This document shows, piece after piece, positions 57,301-64,000 of a DNA stretch of 64,000 nucleotides; the stretch's first letter is position 1, and each line of letters begins with the position of its first letter. The stretch spans positions 32,001 to 96,000 of the forward strand of contig JBDTZG010000014.1 of assembly GCA_040005235.1 (NCBI GenBank), in the 5' to 3' direction. Below the pieces are notes generated by a model, which was given only the letters and a program-made list of their open reading frames with translations, did not search any database and was not told where the DNA came from. The position numbers and the translations under genes were made by a program. The stretch comes from Acidobacteriota bacterium (GTDB taxonomy: Bacteria > Acidobacteriota > Thermoanaerobaculia > Multivoradales > UBA5704).

Positions 57301-58926
57301 ATCCTGGCGGTTCAGGCCGCGTCCAGGGCGAACCGCGCGGGACTTCGCCAATTGCCGATGCAGGTGTTCCGCCATCCAACGATCGCCGCGCTGGCGGCGC
57401 AGTCCGAGGCCCCAGAGACCCCTGAAACCGTAGCGGTCCCGGTCGCCCAGGACGCTCGCGTTCTAGAGGCCGCGGCAGGTCAGTTGGGTGCGAAGGCGGA
57501 GATCGTCGGCGCCTATCCGCTTTCGCCCATTCAGCAGGGGATTCTGTTTCACAGCGTTGAACGCCAGGATCCCAACCGGTACATCCTGCAGGTCAGCTCA
57601 CTCCTTGCGGGGGAGCTGAACGTCGCCGCCTTGCGCTCTTCCTGGCAGCTCCTGGTGGCCCGCCACTCGATCTTCCGCACCGCTTTTCTCTGGGAAGGTC
57701 TGGAGGAGCCGGTTCAGGTGGTTCTCGCGCGCGTCGAAACTCTTTTCGCCAATGTGGATCTCGGCGCTCTCGAGCCGGCGGTGCGAGACCACGCGATCGA
57801 CGAGTGGCTGGAGGCCGACCGCGCCGACGGGTTCGATTTCCGCGTCGCCCCTTTGATTCGTTTGGCGCTCTTTCATCTGGGCGAGAATAGCTATCAATTC
57901 GTTTGGACCTTCCATCACCTGGTCATGGACGGTTGGTCGGAACGAGTGGTTCTCGACGAGCTCAACCGTCTCTACTCGGACTTCTGCCGGGGTCCGGGGG
58001 TCGAGCTCGATCCGGCGCCGCAATTCGACGCTTACATCGAATGGCTACGTCGACGGGACCTCGCCTCGGCGGAAGCATTCTGGCGGGAGGAGTTGCAGGG
58101 TTTCAGTGGCTCGACTCCTCTCGAAGTGCCGGGCGATGGGGTGATCGAAACCGGCGAGGGGACGGGCGTCGAGGTCCGGCAACTTCTCTGGAGCGCGGAA
58201 GAGACGGGTGCTCTTCGGTCGTTCGCCCAAGACTCCCGCCTTACCCTCAACACCCTGGTTCAGGGTGCCTGGGCTCTGTTGCTCGGAGTCGCGAGCAGCC
58301 GGCGGGACGTGGTCTTCGGGGCGACGGTTTCGGGACGCCCCGCCGACCTTTCGGGAGTCGAGTCGATCGTCGGACCTTTTCTCAACACTCTGCCGGTGCG
58401 CTTGCGTTGGCGGCCGGAGGAAAACCTCCTGCCCTGGCTGACCGAGGTCCAAAATCACTTCGCGGAGTTGCGGAGCTATGAGTTCAGCCCGCTGGTCGCC
58501 ATTCAAGGCTGGAGCCAGGTGCCGCGCGGTTTGCCGGTTTTCGAGAGTCTCGTGGGATTCCAGAATCGGCCTTTGCTGCCCGAGGGGGAGCCGAAGCAGG
58601 CCGCGGGCGGCTTTGCGGTGCGCAGTCGCGGGTATCGCGGCGGGCGCAACAACTTCCCGCTTGGACTTGAGGTCGATCCCGGACCGCGGCTCAATTTGAT
58701 GCTTGCCTATGACCGAGCACGGTTTCGGGCGGTGGGCATCGAGCTCCGGCTCAAGTTGTGCGCGACTCTGCTGGCGTCCTTCATGGCGCAGCCCGACGCG
58801 ACGCTTTCCTCCCTGGAAACCAGCCTGGAAGGCAGCCTGCGGCGGTGGCACGAAGAGGACGACCGGCTGCGGGAGCAGCGGAATGTCCAGAATCTAAGGT
58901 TTGCGAGGCGGAGAGTCTCGTCGTAA
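54301..58926 (+). CDS. ORF5: NRPS I-A(Ser)-T-C(DCL-like)
   Basis: 1541 aa ORF. SFRLSPQQERLW start; degenerate site LPSLCAD (~54703); code DVWHISLVDK; T GGDS (57289); terminal C YPLSPIQQGILFH...FHHLVMDGWS. Confidence 0.95.
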   Translation: MPVIESFRLSPQQERLWHLGPSSVFRAQCAVNLVGPLDRAVLARAVRDVVRRHEILRTRFGLFGGTLAAQAPGESEDRAWVELDLRAANPQDGTNRIAGAYATQAETPPDLGAGSMLDVQLVILAEDRHQLLLRLPSLCADRRSLRNLVLAIARSYQAAMGDGGTGDQAAAMQYIEIAQWQAELLESTDGENERRLWQERSQAVQSLRLPLGDPSSPEVESHPELTTFELGEGRMAGLRALADRIGIPMSALFLATFSALLARLEESGTTALGLVAEGRTFDDLADALGPFSKSLPLVFGTEQGTLPFDRFAQRVRKDMDEAAAIQEFLEPAFLPLRFEWVEEPPQAVAAGVTFVIDRESVITDRFVLQLSCHGDSRGYCELLFDPSRMDRTEAERLAERFRSLLDSALAEPLKTLRELNAVGERERAFLLRGLNPERVVYPDADRCLHELFEEQVRRRPGAPALVFGGTSLTYAQLDAKSSDLAARLAKRGAGPEVLVGICMERSLELVIGLLGILKAGAAYVPLEPSYPKERLEAMLEDLAATGRLPLIVTRESHLAALPERPIADSGLLLLSAEEPVAQERHPSVRMNPGHLAYSIFTSGSTGRPKGAMNSHRGVVNRLLWMQQVYGLSPQDRVLQKTPFSFDVSVWELFWPLICGATLVVAEPDRHKDSSYLIRILREERITTVHFVPSLLRIFLEEPTVASCGSLHRVICSGEALPPDLVNRFFDCFRGEQAPELHNLYGPTEAAVDVTWWRCASGEEVTPIGTPVANTCIYLLDPPAMALRPVPFGAPGEICIGGVQVGRGYLGRPDLTAERFLPDPFSREPGDRLYRTGDVARYLRDGAIEYLGRLDDQVKIRGVRIELGEIESVLRRHEGVLDAAVVARDVAPGDRRLIAYAVTRETTAPTVGELRSYLERLLPQAMVPSQIVRLAALPLTPSGKVNRRALPLPEPERPDLEVAFVAPRTAAEKLLAGIWADLLRVSDIGVFDDFFQLGGDSILAVQAASRANRAGLRQLPMQVFRHPTIAALAAQSEAPETPETVAVPVAQDARVLEAAAGQLGAKAEIVGAYPLSPIQQGILFHSVERQDPNRYILQVSSLLAGELNVAALRSSWQLLVARHSIFRTAFLWEGLEEPVQVVLARVETLFANVDLGALEPAVRDHAIDEWLEADRADGFDFRVAPLIRLALFHLGENSYQFVWTFHHLVMDGWSERVVLDELNRLYSDFCRGPGVELDPAPQFDAYIEWLRRRDLASAEAFWREELQGFSGSTPLEVPGDGVIETGEGTGVEVRQLLWSAEETGALRSFAQDSRLTLNTLVQGAWALLLGVASSRRDVVFGATVSGRPADLSGVESIVGPFLNTLPVRLRWRPEENLLPWLTEVQNHFAELRSYEFSPLVAIQGWSQVPRGLPVFESLVGFQNRPLLPEGEPKQAAGGFAVRSRGYRGGRNNFPLGLEVDPGPRLNLMLAYDRARFRAVGIELRLKLCATLLASFMAQPDATLSSLETSLEGSLRRWHEEDDRLREQRNVQNLRFARRRVSS

Positions 58927-58930
58927 GGGG
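58924..58930 (+). promoter_or_regulatory. Probable Shine-Dalgarno site for ORF6
   Basis: TAAGGGG, overlapping the ORF5 stop, 7 nt upstream of TTG 58938. Confidence 0.55.
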
Positions 58931-58937
58931 TGCAGCT

Positions 58938-61900
58938 TTGAATCAGTCAGGTATCGAGAATCGACCAGGCGAGCCCGGCTCGGAAGAGATCCTGGGGTTC
59001 AGCCTATCGCCGCAACAGCGCCGTGCGCTCTGGTTGAAAGAGCGCACGGCCGGCTCGGCTTTTTGGATTCAATGCACCTTTCGGATCGAAGGCCCGATCG
59101 AGCTGAAAGCGCTGCGCCATGCCGTGAGTAGGGTGGTGGCTCGCTATGAAGTCCTACGGACGGTTTTCGTGACCACGCCGGCCCCTGCCAAACAGGTGAT
59201 TCGCGAGTATCTGGCGCCGCATTTGCGACATCTCGATTTGCGCTCTCTGGACGAGGAGGCCCGCGCCGCCGCCGTCGATCTCGCGGTTTCCGAGGCGGTC
59301 CGGGAGCCCTTCGACCTGGAGCGCGGGCCCTTGATGCGGGTCTCTTTTTTGACTCTGGAGCCCGAGCTGTCGATCTTGGAAATATCCCTGGCGGCCGTCT
59401 GCGGTGATCGCTCCACCCTGCTCCGAATCGTTGAGGAAATTGCCCGCGGGGTCGACCCGCCCGATGGGGAACCCGAAGGCGAGGTGCTTCAGTATGCCGA
59501 TATGGCCGATTGGCTGAATCAACTCGAAGAATCGAGCGAGCCCTGGACCCGAGAAGCGGCCTGGCCGAGCCGCGACGCAGCGGAGCTGGACGCTCTGCTT
59601 CTCCCGTTCGAAAGCCCAACGGCGAGCTTCAGGCCCGGCGTAATTCCGGTGCCGTTGGCGCCCGGAGCGCTCGCCGGGCTGGAGGCCCTGGCCGCTCGTC
59701 GCGGAGCCTCTCTTGCGGGAGTCCTTCAAGCGGCCTGGCATGCGGTGCTCGGCCGCCTCACGGGCTCCCGCGAGATGGTCGTCGGATCGTCGACGGACGG
59801 GCGAAGGTACGATGAGCTCCGGGAAGCCGTCGGCCCCCTCTCCAAAGCCTTGCCGATCCGCTCCCGACCCGCTCCGGCAATGCCATTTTTCGACCTGCTC
59901 GCTGCGGTCGAAGCCGCCATCGCCGAGGCGATACGAATCGAGGAGTCGTTCAGTTGGGAGCCGCTCCTCGGAGGGCGCGAAGGGCGGGGGTATTTCCCCT
60001 TCGCTTTCGAGCTCTGGGAAGAGCCGGTACCGTTGCGAATCGGCGGTACGGTGTGGAGCCTCGGACAGGTCTCCGGCGGCGGAGAACGCTTTACCGCGGC
60101 CCTCGTTTGCCGACATTCAGCGGGTGCTCTCAAAGCCGAGGTCGGCTACAACGAGGCGGTCCTGAGCCGCGAAGAGGCGGAGCGGCTGGCCGAGCGTTTC
60201 GCCACCTTCCTCTCTTCCCTCATGGCTACGCCCGAGGCACCGACCGGCTCCTTGTCGATGGTGGGCTCCAAAGAACGGCTGCAGCTGCTTGGCGACTGGA
60301 ACGAAACCCGCAGCGAAGATGTCGAGAAATGGCCGGTCCACCGGTGGTTCGAGCGGCAGGCGCGCACTACGGCCGAGAACACGGCCGTGGTGGCAGGAGG
60401 GGTGCGCCTGACCTACTCGGAGCTGGACCGACGCAGCAATCAACTTGCGCGTTTTCTGCGCCGGTCCGGCGTTTCTCCCGACGTCCTCGTCGGCCTCGCC
60501 GTGGAGCGATCCGTCGCGATGGTCGTCGGCCTCCTGGGGGTCTTGAAGGCCGGAGGGGCGTATCTCCCCCTGGACCTCGGCCACCCTCGGGAGCGACTCG
60601 AAATGATCCTCACGGAGGCGCGTCCGGCGGTGGTTCTCACCACAATGGAGTCCCTCGAGCGCCTGCCTGTAGCCGCGGAGCGGCGGGTCTGCCTCGACCG
60701 CGATTGGGAGCGGATCGCCGTCGAGAGCGCCGAACCGGTGGCTGCCGCGGTGGCCTTGGAGAATCTGGCCTACGTGATCTACACCTCGGGGTCTACCGGC
60801 CGACCCAAGGGGGTGATGATCTCCCACGGCGGACTGCGCAATTACCTGCTTTGGGCCACCCGGGCCTATGGAGCCGGAGAAGGGCAGGGGTCTCCGGTTC
60901 ACTCGCCCCTCGGTTTCGATCTTACCGTGACCAGCCTTTTGAGCCCGTTGGTTGCCGGCGGCGCGGTCGTCTTGGTGGAGGAGGCGTCCGGCGTCGACGG
61001 CCTTCTTGAGGTTCTGCGCCAGGGAATGGACTTCGGCCTGGTGAAGCTGACGCCGGCCCACCTTTCGCTGGTGGAACAGGGCCTAGGGGTGCCATTCGAG
61101 GGAAAAGTGCGCACGTTGGTCGTCGGGGGGGAAGCCCTTTTCGCCGAGAGTTTCGCCGCCTTGCGTGCCGAGGCGCCGGCCACGCGCATCATCAATGAGT
61201 ACGGTCCGACGGAGACCGTCGTCGGTTGCTGCACCTACGAGGTCCCCCTGGAGGGAGCGCCGCCCGCCGGAGCGGTTCCCATCGGTCGTCCGATCGCCAA
61301 TACCCGCCTCTACCTGGTCGACGGGTGGTGGAATCCGGTGCCTCGCGGCGTCCAAGGCGAGATTTGGATCGGCGGCGCGGGGGTCGGTCGCGGCTATCTC
61401 GCCCGGCCGGATCTGACGGCCGAGCGCTTCGTCCCCGATCCCTTCTCGGACGAACCGGGAGAGCGGGTCTACGTCAGTGGCGATCTCGGCCGCCTTGGGC
61501 TGGACGGAAACCTCGTCTATCTCGGACGAACCGATCACCAAGTCAAGATTCACGGCTATCGGATCGAGCTCCAGGAGATCGAGGCCGTCCTGCGTCGCCA
61601 TCCGCACGTCCGTGAGGCGGCGGTGGTCGTGGCGGGCTCGGGGTTGGATAGCAGGCTCCTCGCCTTCGTGGTTCCTTCCGGCGAGGCGGTGGATCAAACA
61701 GCGCTGGCCGCTTTTTTAACCCTTCATCTTCCTTCGTACATGATCCCCGCCCAGATCGGCCAGATCGCGTCCCTTCCCTTGACGGAAAACGGCAAGGTGG
61801 ATCGCGGTCTCTTGTTGGCCCGAGAGGCGGAGACGGCTGCCCGGAGGGATTTCATCGCGCCTCGGACGCCGGTCGAAGAGCTGCTCTCCGGGATCTGGGG

Positions 61901-64000
61901 TGATTTGCTCGGCGTGGCTCGCGTGGGGGTGGACGACGACTTCTTCGAGCTCGGAGGGCACTCACTCCTCGCCATGCGTCTCGTCTCCCGCATCCGGTCG
62001 GCCTTCGGAGCCCGCCTCTCGCTGGGCGTCGTTTTCAGCGCCCGCACGGTGTCGAGCCTGGCTCGGGCCGTAGAGGCCGAACGCTGGCGAGACCTTGAGA
62101 GGGGGGCCGGCGCGATCACCCGAGCCGAGCGGGACAAACCGCTGCCGGTCTCACTGCAACAGCGCCGGCTTTGGATACTCCATCAGGTGAACCAAGGCGA
62201 AATGGTTTACCACATACCCTATGCCTTACGGCTGGCCGGCGACCTGGACCTCGAATCCCTGAGGTGGGCGATCACCCGGCTGAGCGGGCGTCACGAGTCG
62301 TTACGAACGACCTTCGGCAACTTGGACGGCGAGCTGGTCCAGATCGTGGCCGATCCGATGGCCGTGCAGTGCCCGTGTCTCGATCTCAGCTGCCTCTCCG
62401 AGGAGGATCGGGAGGTCGAGGCCCGACGTCGAGTCCGGGAAATGATGCACCGGACTTTCGACCTCCAAACCGGCCCGCTGCTGCGAATACTTACGCTTCG
62501 GCTCGCCCGGCAGGAACACATCGTCGCCCTGTCGATGCACCACATCATCTCCGATGGTTGGTCGATGGAGATTTTCGTGCGCGAGCTCGTCACCCTGTAC
62601 GAGGCCTTTCGCGCCGGAGAAGGGCCGCGGCTGCCGGAGTTGCCGATCCAATACGGCGACTACGCCGCCTGGCAGCACCGCTGGCTGACCGGGGAGGTCC
62701 TCGATCGGCACATCGATTTCTGGCGCCGCCGGCTCGCCGAGCCCCTGCCCCAGCTGGAGCTCCCGACCGATCGGCCCCGTCCGGAATTTCCCGGCTTGGG
62801 CGGCGGCACTGTGGCGATCGCTTTCGATGGCGGCGTCTATGGCGATCTGCGGCAACTGGGACAACGTCAGCTCGCCACGTCTTTCATGTTGTTCCTCGCG
62901 GCTTGGAACGTTCTGCTCAACCGCTATACCGGCCAGGAGGACATTCTGATCGGGACCCCTATCGCGGGGCGGGACCATCCGGAAGTCGAAGGTCTGATTG
63001 GGTTTTTCGTCAACACTCTGATCTTGCGCAACGACTTGACGGGAGAGCCGACCTTCATCGATCTCCTGGATCGGGTGCGCGATCGGGCGCTCGACGCCTA
63101 TGCCCATGACGAGCTGCCGTTCGATCGCCTGGTCGAAGAGCTTCAGCCGGAGCGACGGTCGGGGCAGACGCCGTTTTTCCGGGTTGCCTTCACCCTGGTC
63201 AACCGGCCGCGGGTGGATGTCGGCTTCAGCGGACTCAAACTCGGAGCGTTCGAGATCGAGGTGCCGATCTCCAAATTCGATTTGACGCTGAGCTGCCTCG
63301 AACAGGAACATCAGGTTCTGCTAGAGATCGAGTACAGATCCGATCTCTACGAAAGCTCCACCGCCTTGCGCATGCTCGGGCATCTCGACGTGCTTCTGCG
63401 AGCCGTCGCCGCGGATCCCGCCCGGCCGATCTCGGAGCTGCCGATGCTCACGCCAAGCGAGCTGCGGCAGGCGGTGGGGGATTGGAACGCCACGGCGACG
63501 AAGTATCCCGTCGGTTCCTGTATCCACGAGCTTTTCGAGACCCAGGCTCGTCGGACCCCTGGCCGGCAGGCGGTCGTCTTCGGTGACCGATCGCTGACCT
63601 ACGGCGAGCTCGACGAGCGCGCCACCGGGCTGGCGCAGGGACTCCGCAAACTGGGGGTCGGCCCCGAGGTGTTGGTGGGACTGCTGATGGACCGGTCGAT
63701 CGACATGGTCGTGGCGATGGTCGGCATCCTCAAGGCGGGAGGCGCCTATCTGCCCCTCGATCCGTCCTACCCCCGCGAGCGCCTCATGCTGATGCTGGAG
63801 GATTCCGGATCACCCTTGGTGGTCACCCATCAGGCGCGGCTTGCGGAGGTCCCGGAAGGAAATTGGAAAACCTTGTCGTTGGAGCAGGATGCCGGCGAGG
63901 GTCGAGGCGGCGCCATCTTTTCCGGCGCCACCCCCGAGAGCCTCGCCTACGTCATCTATACCTCCGGATCGACCGGTGTTCCGAAGGGCGTGGCGGTGCC
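58938..64000 (+). CDS. ORF6 (3' truncated by the window): NRPS I-A(Asn)-T-C-A(partial)
   Basis: Hand translation: MNQSGIENRPGEPGSEEILGFSLSPQQRRAL...; LAAVCGD (59388); YTSGSTGRPKG (60780); code DLTKVGEVGK (Asn-type); FFELGGHSLL (61941); MHHIISDGWS (62535); YVIYTSGSTGVPKG (63948). All motifs lie in the same frame. Confidence 0.93.
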   Translation, partial: MNQSGIENRPGEPGSEEILGFSLSPQQRRALWLKERTAGSAFWIQCTFRIEGPIELKALRHAVSRVVARYEVLRTVFVTTPAPAKQVIREYLAPHLRHLDLRSLDEEARAAAVDLAVSEAVREPFDLERGPLMRVSFLTLEPELSILEISLAAVCGDRSTLLRIVEEIARGVDPPDGEPEGEVLQYADMADWLNQLEESSEPWTREAAWPSRDAAELDALLLPFESPTASFRPGVIPVPLAPGALAGLEALAARRGASLAGVLQAAWHAVLGRLTGSREMVVGSSTDGRRYDELREAVGPLSKALPIRSRPAPAMPFFDLLAAVEAAIAEAIRIEESFSWEPLLGGREGRGYFPFAFELWEEPVPLRIGGTVWSLGQVSGGGERFTAALVCRHSAGALKAEVGYNEAVLSREEAERLAERFATFLSSLMATPEAPTGSLSMVGSKERLQLLGDWNETRSEDVEKWPVHRWFERQARTTAENTAVVAGGVRLTYSELDRRSNQLARFLRRSGVSPDVLVGLAVERSVAMVVGLLGVLKAGGAYLPLDLGHPRERLEMILTEARPAVVLTTMESLERLPVAAERRVCLDRDWERIAVESAEPVAAAVALENLAYVIYTSGSTGRPKGVMISHGGLRNYLLWATRAYGAGEGQGSPVHSPLGFDLTVTSLLSPLVAGGAVVLVEEASGVDGLLEVLRQGMDFGLVKLTPAHLSLVEQGLGVPFEGKVRTLVVGGEALFAESFAALRAEAPATRIINEYGPTETVVGCCTYEVPLEGAPPAGAVPIGRPIANTRLYLVDGWWNPVPRGVQGEIWIGGAGVGRGYLARPDLTAERFVPDPFSDEPGERVYVSGDLGRLGLDGNLVYLGRTDHQVKIHGYRIELQEIEAVLRRHPHVREAAVVVAGSGLDSRLLAFVVPSGEAVDQTALAAFLTLHLPSYMIPAQIGQIASLPLTENGKVDRGLLLAREAETAARRDFIAPRTPVEELLSGIWGDLLGVARVGVDDDFFELGGHSLLAMRLVSRIRSAFGARLSLGVVFSARTVSSLARAVEAERWRDLERGAGAITRAERDKPLPVSLQQRRLWILHQVNQGEMVYHIPYALRLAGDLDLESLRWAITRLSGRHESLRTTFGNLDGELVQIVADPMAVQCPCLDLSCLSEEDREVEARRRVREMMHRTFDLQTGPLLRILTLRLARQEHIVALSMHHIISDGWSMEIFVRELVTLYEAFRAGEGPRLPELPIQYGDYAAWQHRWLTGEVLDRHIDFWRRRLAEPLPQLELPTDRPRPEFPGLGGGTVAIAFDGGVYGDLRQLGQRQLATSFMLFLAAWNVLLNRYTGQEDILIGTPIAGRDHPEVEGLIGFFVNTLILRNDLTGEPTFIDLLDRVRDRALDAYAHDELPFDRLVEELQPERRSGQTPFFRVAFTLVNRPRVDVGFSGLKLGAFEIEVPISKFDLTLSCLEQEHQVLLEIEYRSDLYESSTALRMLGHLDVLLRAVAADPARPISELPMLTPSELRQAVGDWNATATKYPVGSCIHELFETQARRTPGRQAVVFGDRSLTYGELDERATGLAQGLRKLGVGPEVLVGLLMDRSIDMVVAMVGILKAGGAYLPLDPSYPRERLMLMLEDSGSPLVVTHQARLAEVPEGNWKTLSLEQDAGEGRGGAIFSGATPESLAYVIYTSGSTGVPKGVAV

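Noticed and set aside
199-63527. Hundreds of short alternative-frame and antisense ORFs, some 400-587 aa (e.g. 19303-21066, 51668-53242, 51234-52748)
   Set aside because: All overlap the megasynthetase genes and have Arg/Pro/Ala-rich shadow composition with no recognisable domains, as expected in GC-rich coding DNA.
35314-64000. Degenerate C domains read as pseudogene decay
   Set aside because: The same type of degeneration recurs three times, always after an upstream terminal C and with intact frames. This indicates a conserved subtype rather than decay.
151-64000. Assignment to a known compound family (theonellamide, microsclerodermin, thiocoraline, pyochelin) or to a host taxon
   Set aside because: Only isolated modules resemble these pathways and the residue order does not match. 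No marker genes are present for taxonomy.

Overview
The whole window is the interior of one GC-rich, + strand, tightly coupled hybrid NRPS-PKS gene cluster. It holds five complete megasynthetase genes, a sixth running off the right edge (missing from the ORF track because it has no stop codon), and the last 35 codons of an upstream gene. Architecture read from motifs: ORF1 (C-A-T)x5 | ORF2 KS-AT-vestigial KR-T-Cy-A(MT)-T-C-A(MT)-T-C-A-T-E-C | ORF3 I-A-T-(C-A-T)x3 | ORF4 KS-AT-ACP-AMT-C | ORF5 I-A-T-C | ORF6 I-A-T-C-A... (I = catalytically degenerate C-like 'interface' domain). Hand-read A-domain codes predict ...Ala-like, Asp, Ala, Ala, aminoadipate, [malonyl, ketone kept], Cys (thiazoline, methylated), N-Me-Cys-like, D-Gln, Gln, Ser, Thr, Gly, [malonyl + amination], Ser, Asn, unknown... 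The most unusual elements are a fungal Lys2-like adenylation domain feeding a PKS, a cyclization module carrying an N-methyltransferase-type insert, an internal aminotransferase PKS module after Gly, three C|I split modules (one on Ser), and an apparent E-domain deletion. No starter module, thioesterase, tailoring gene, RNA gene, mobile element or CRISPR array is visible. Domain boundaries are approximate and no database search was run, so novelty is untested.
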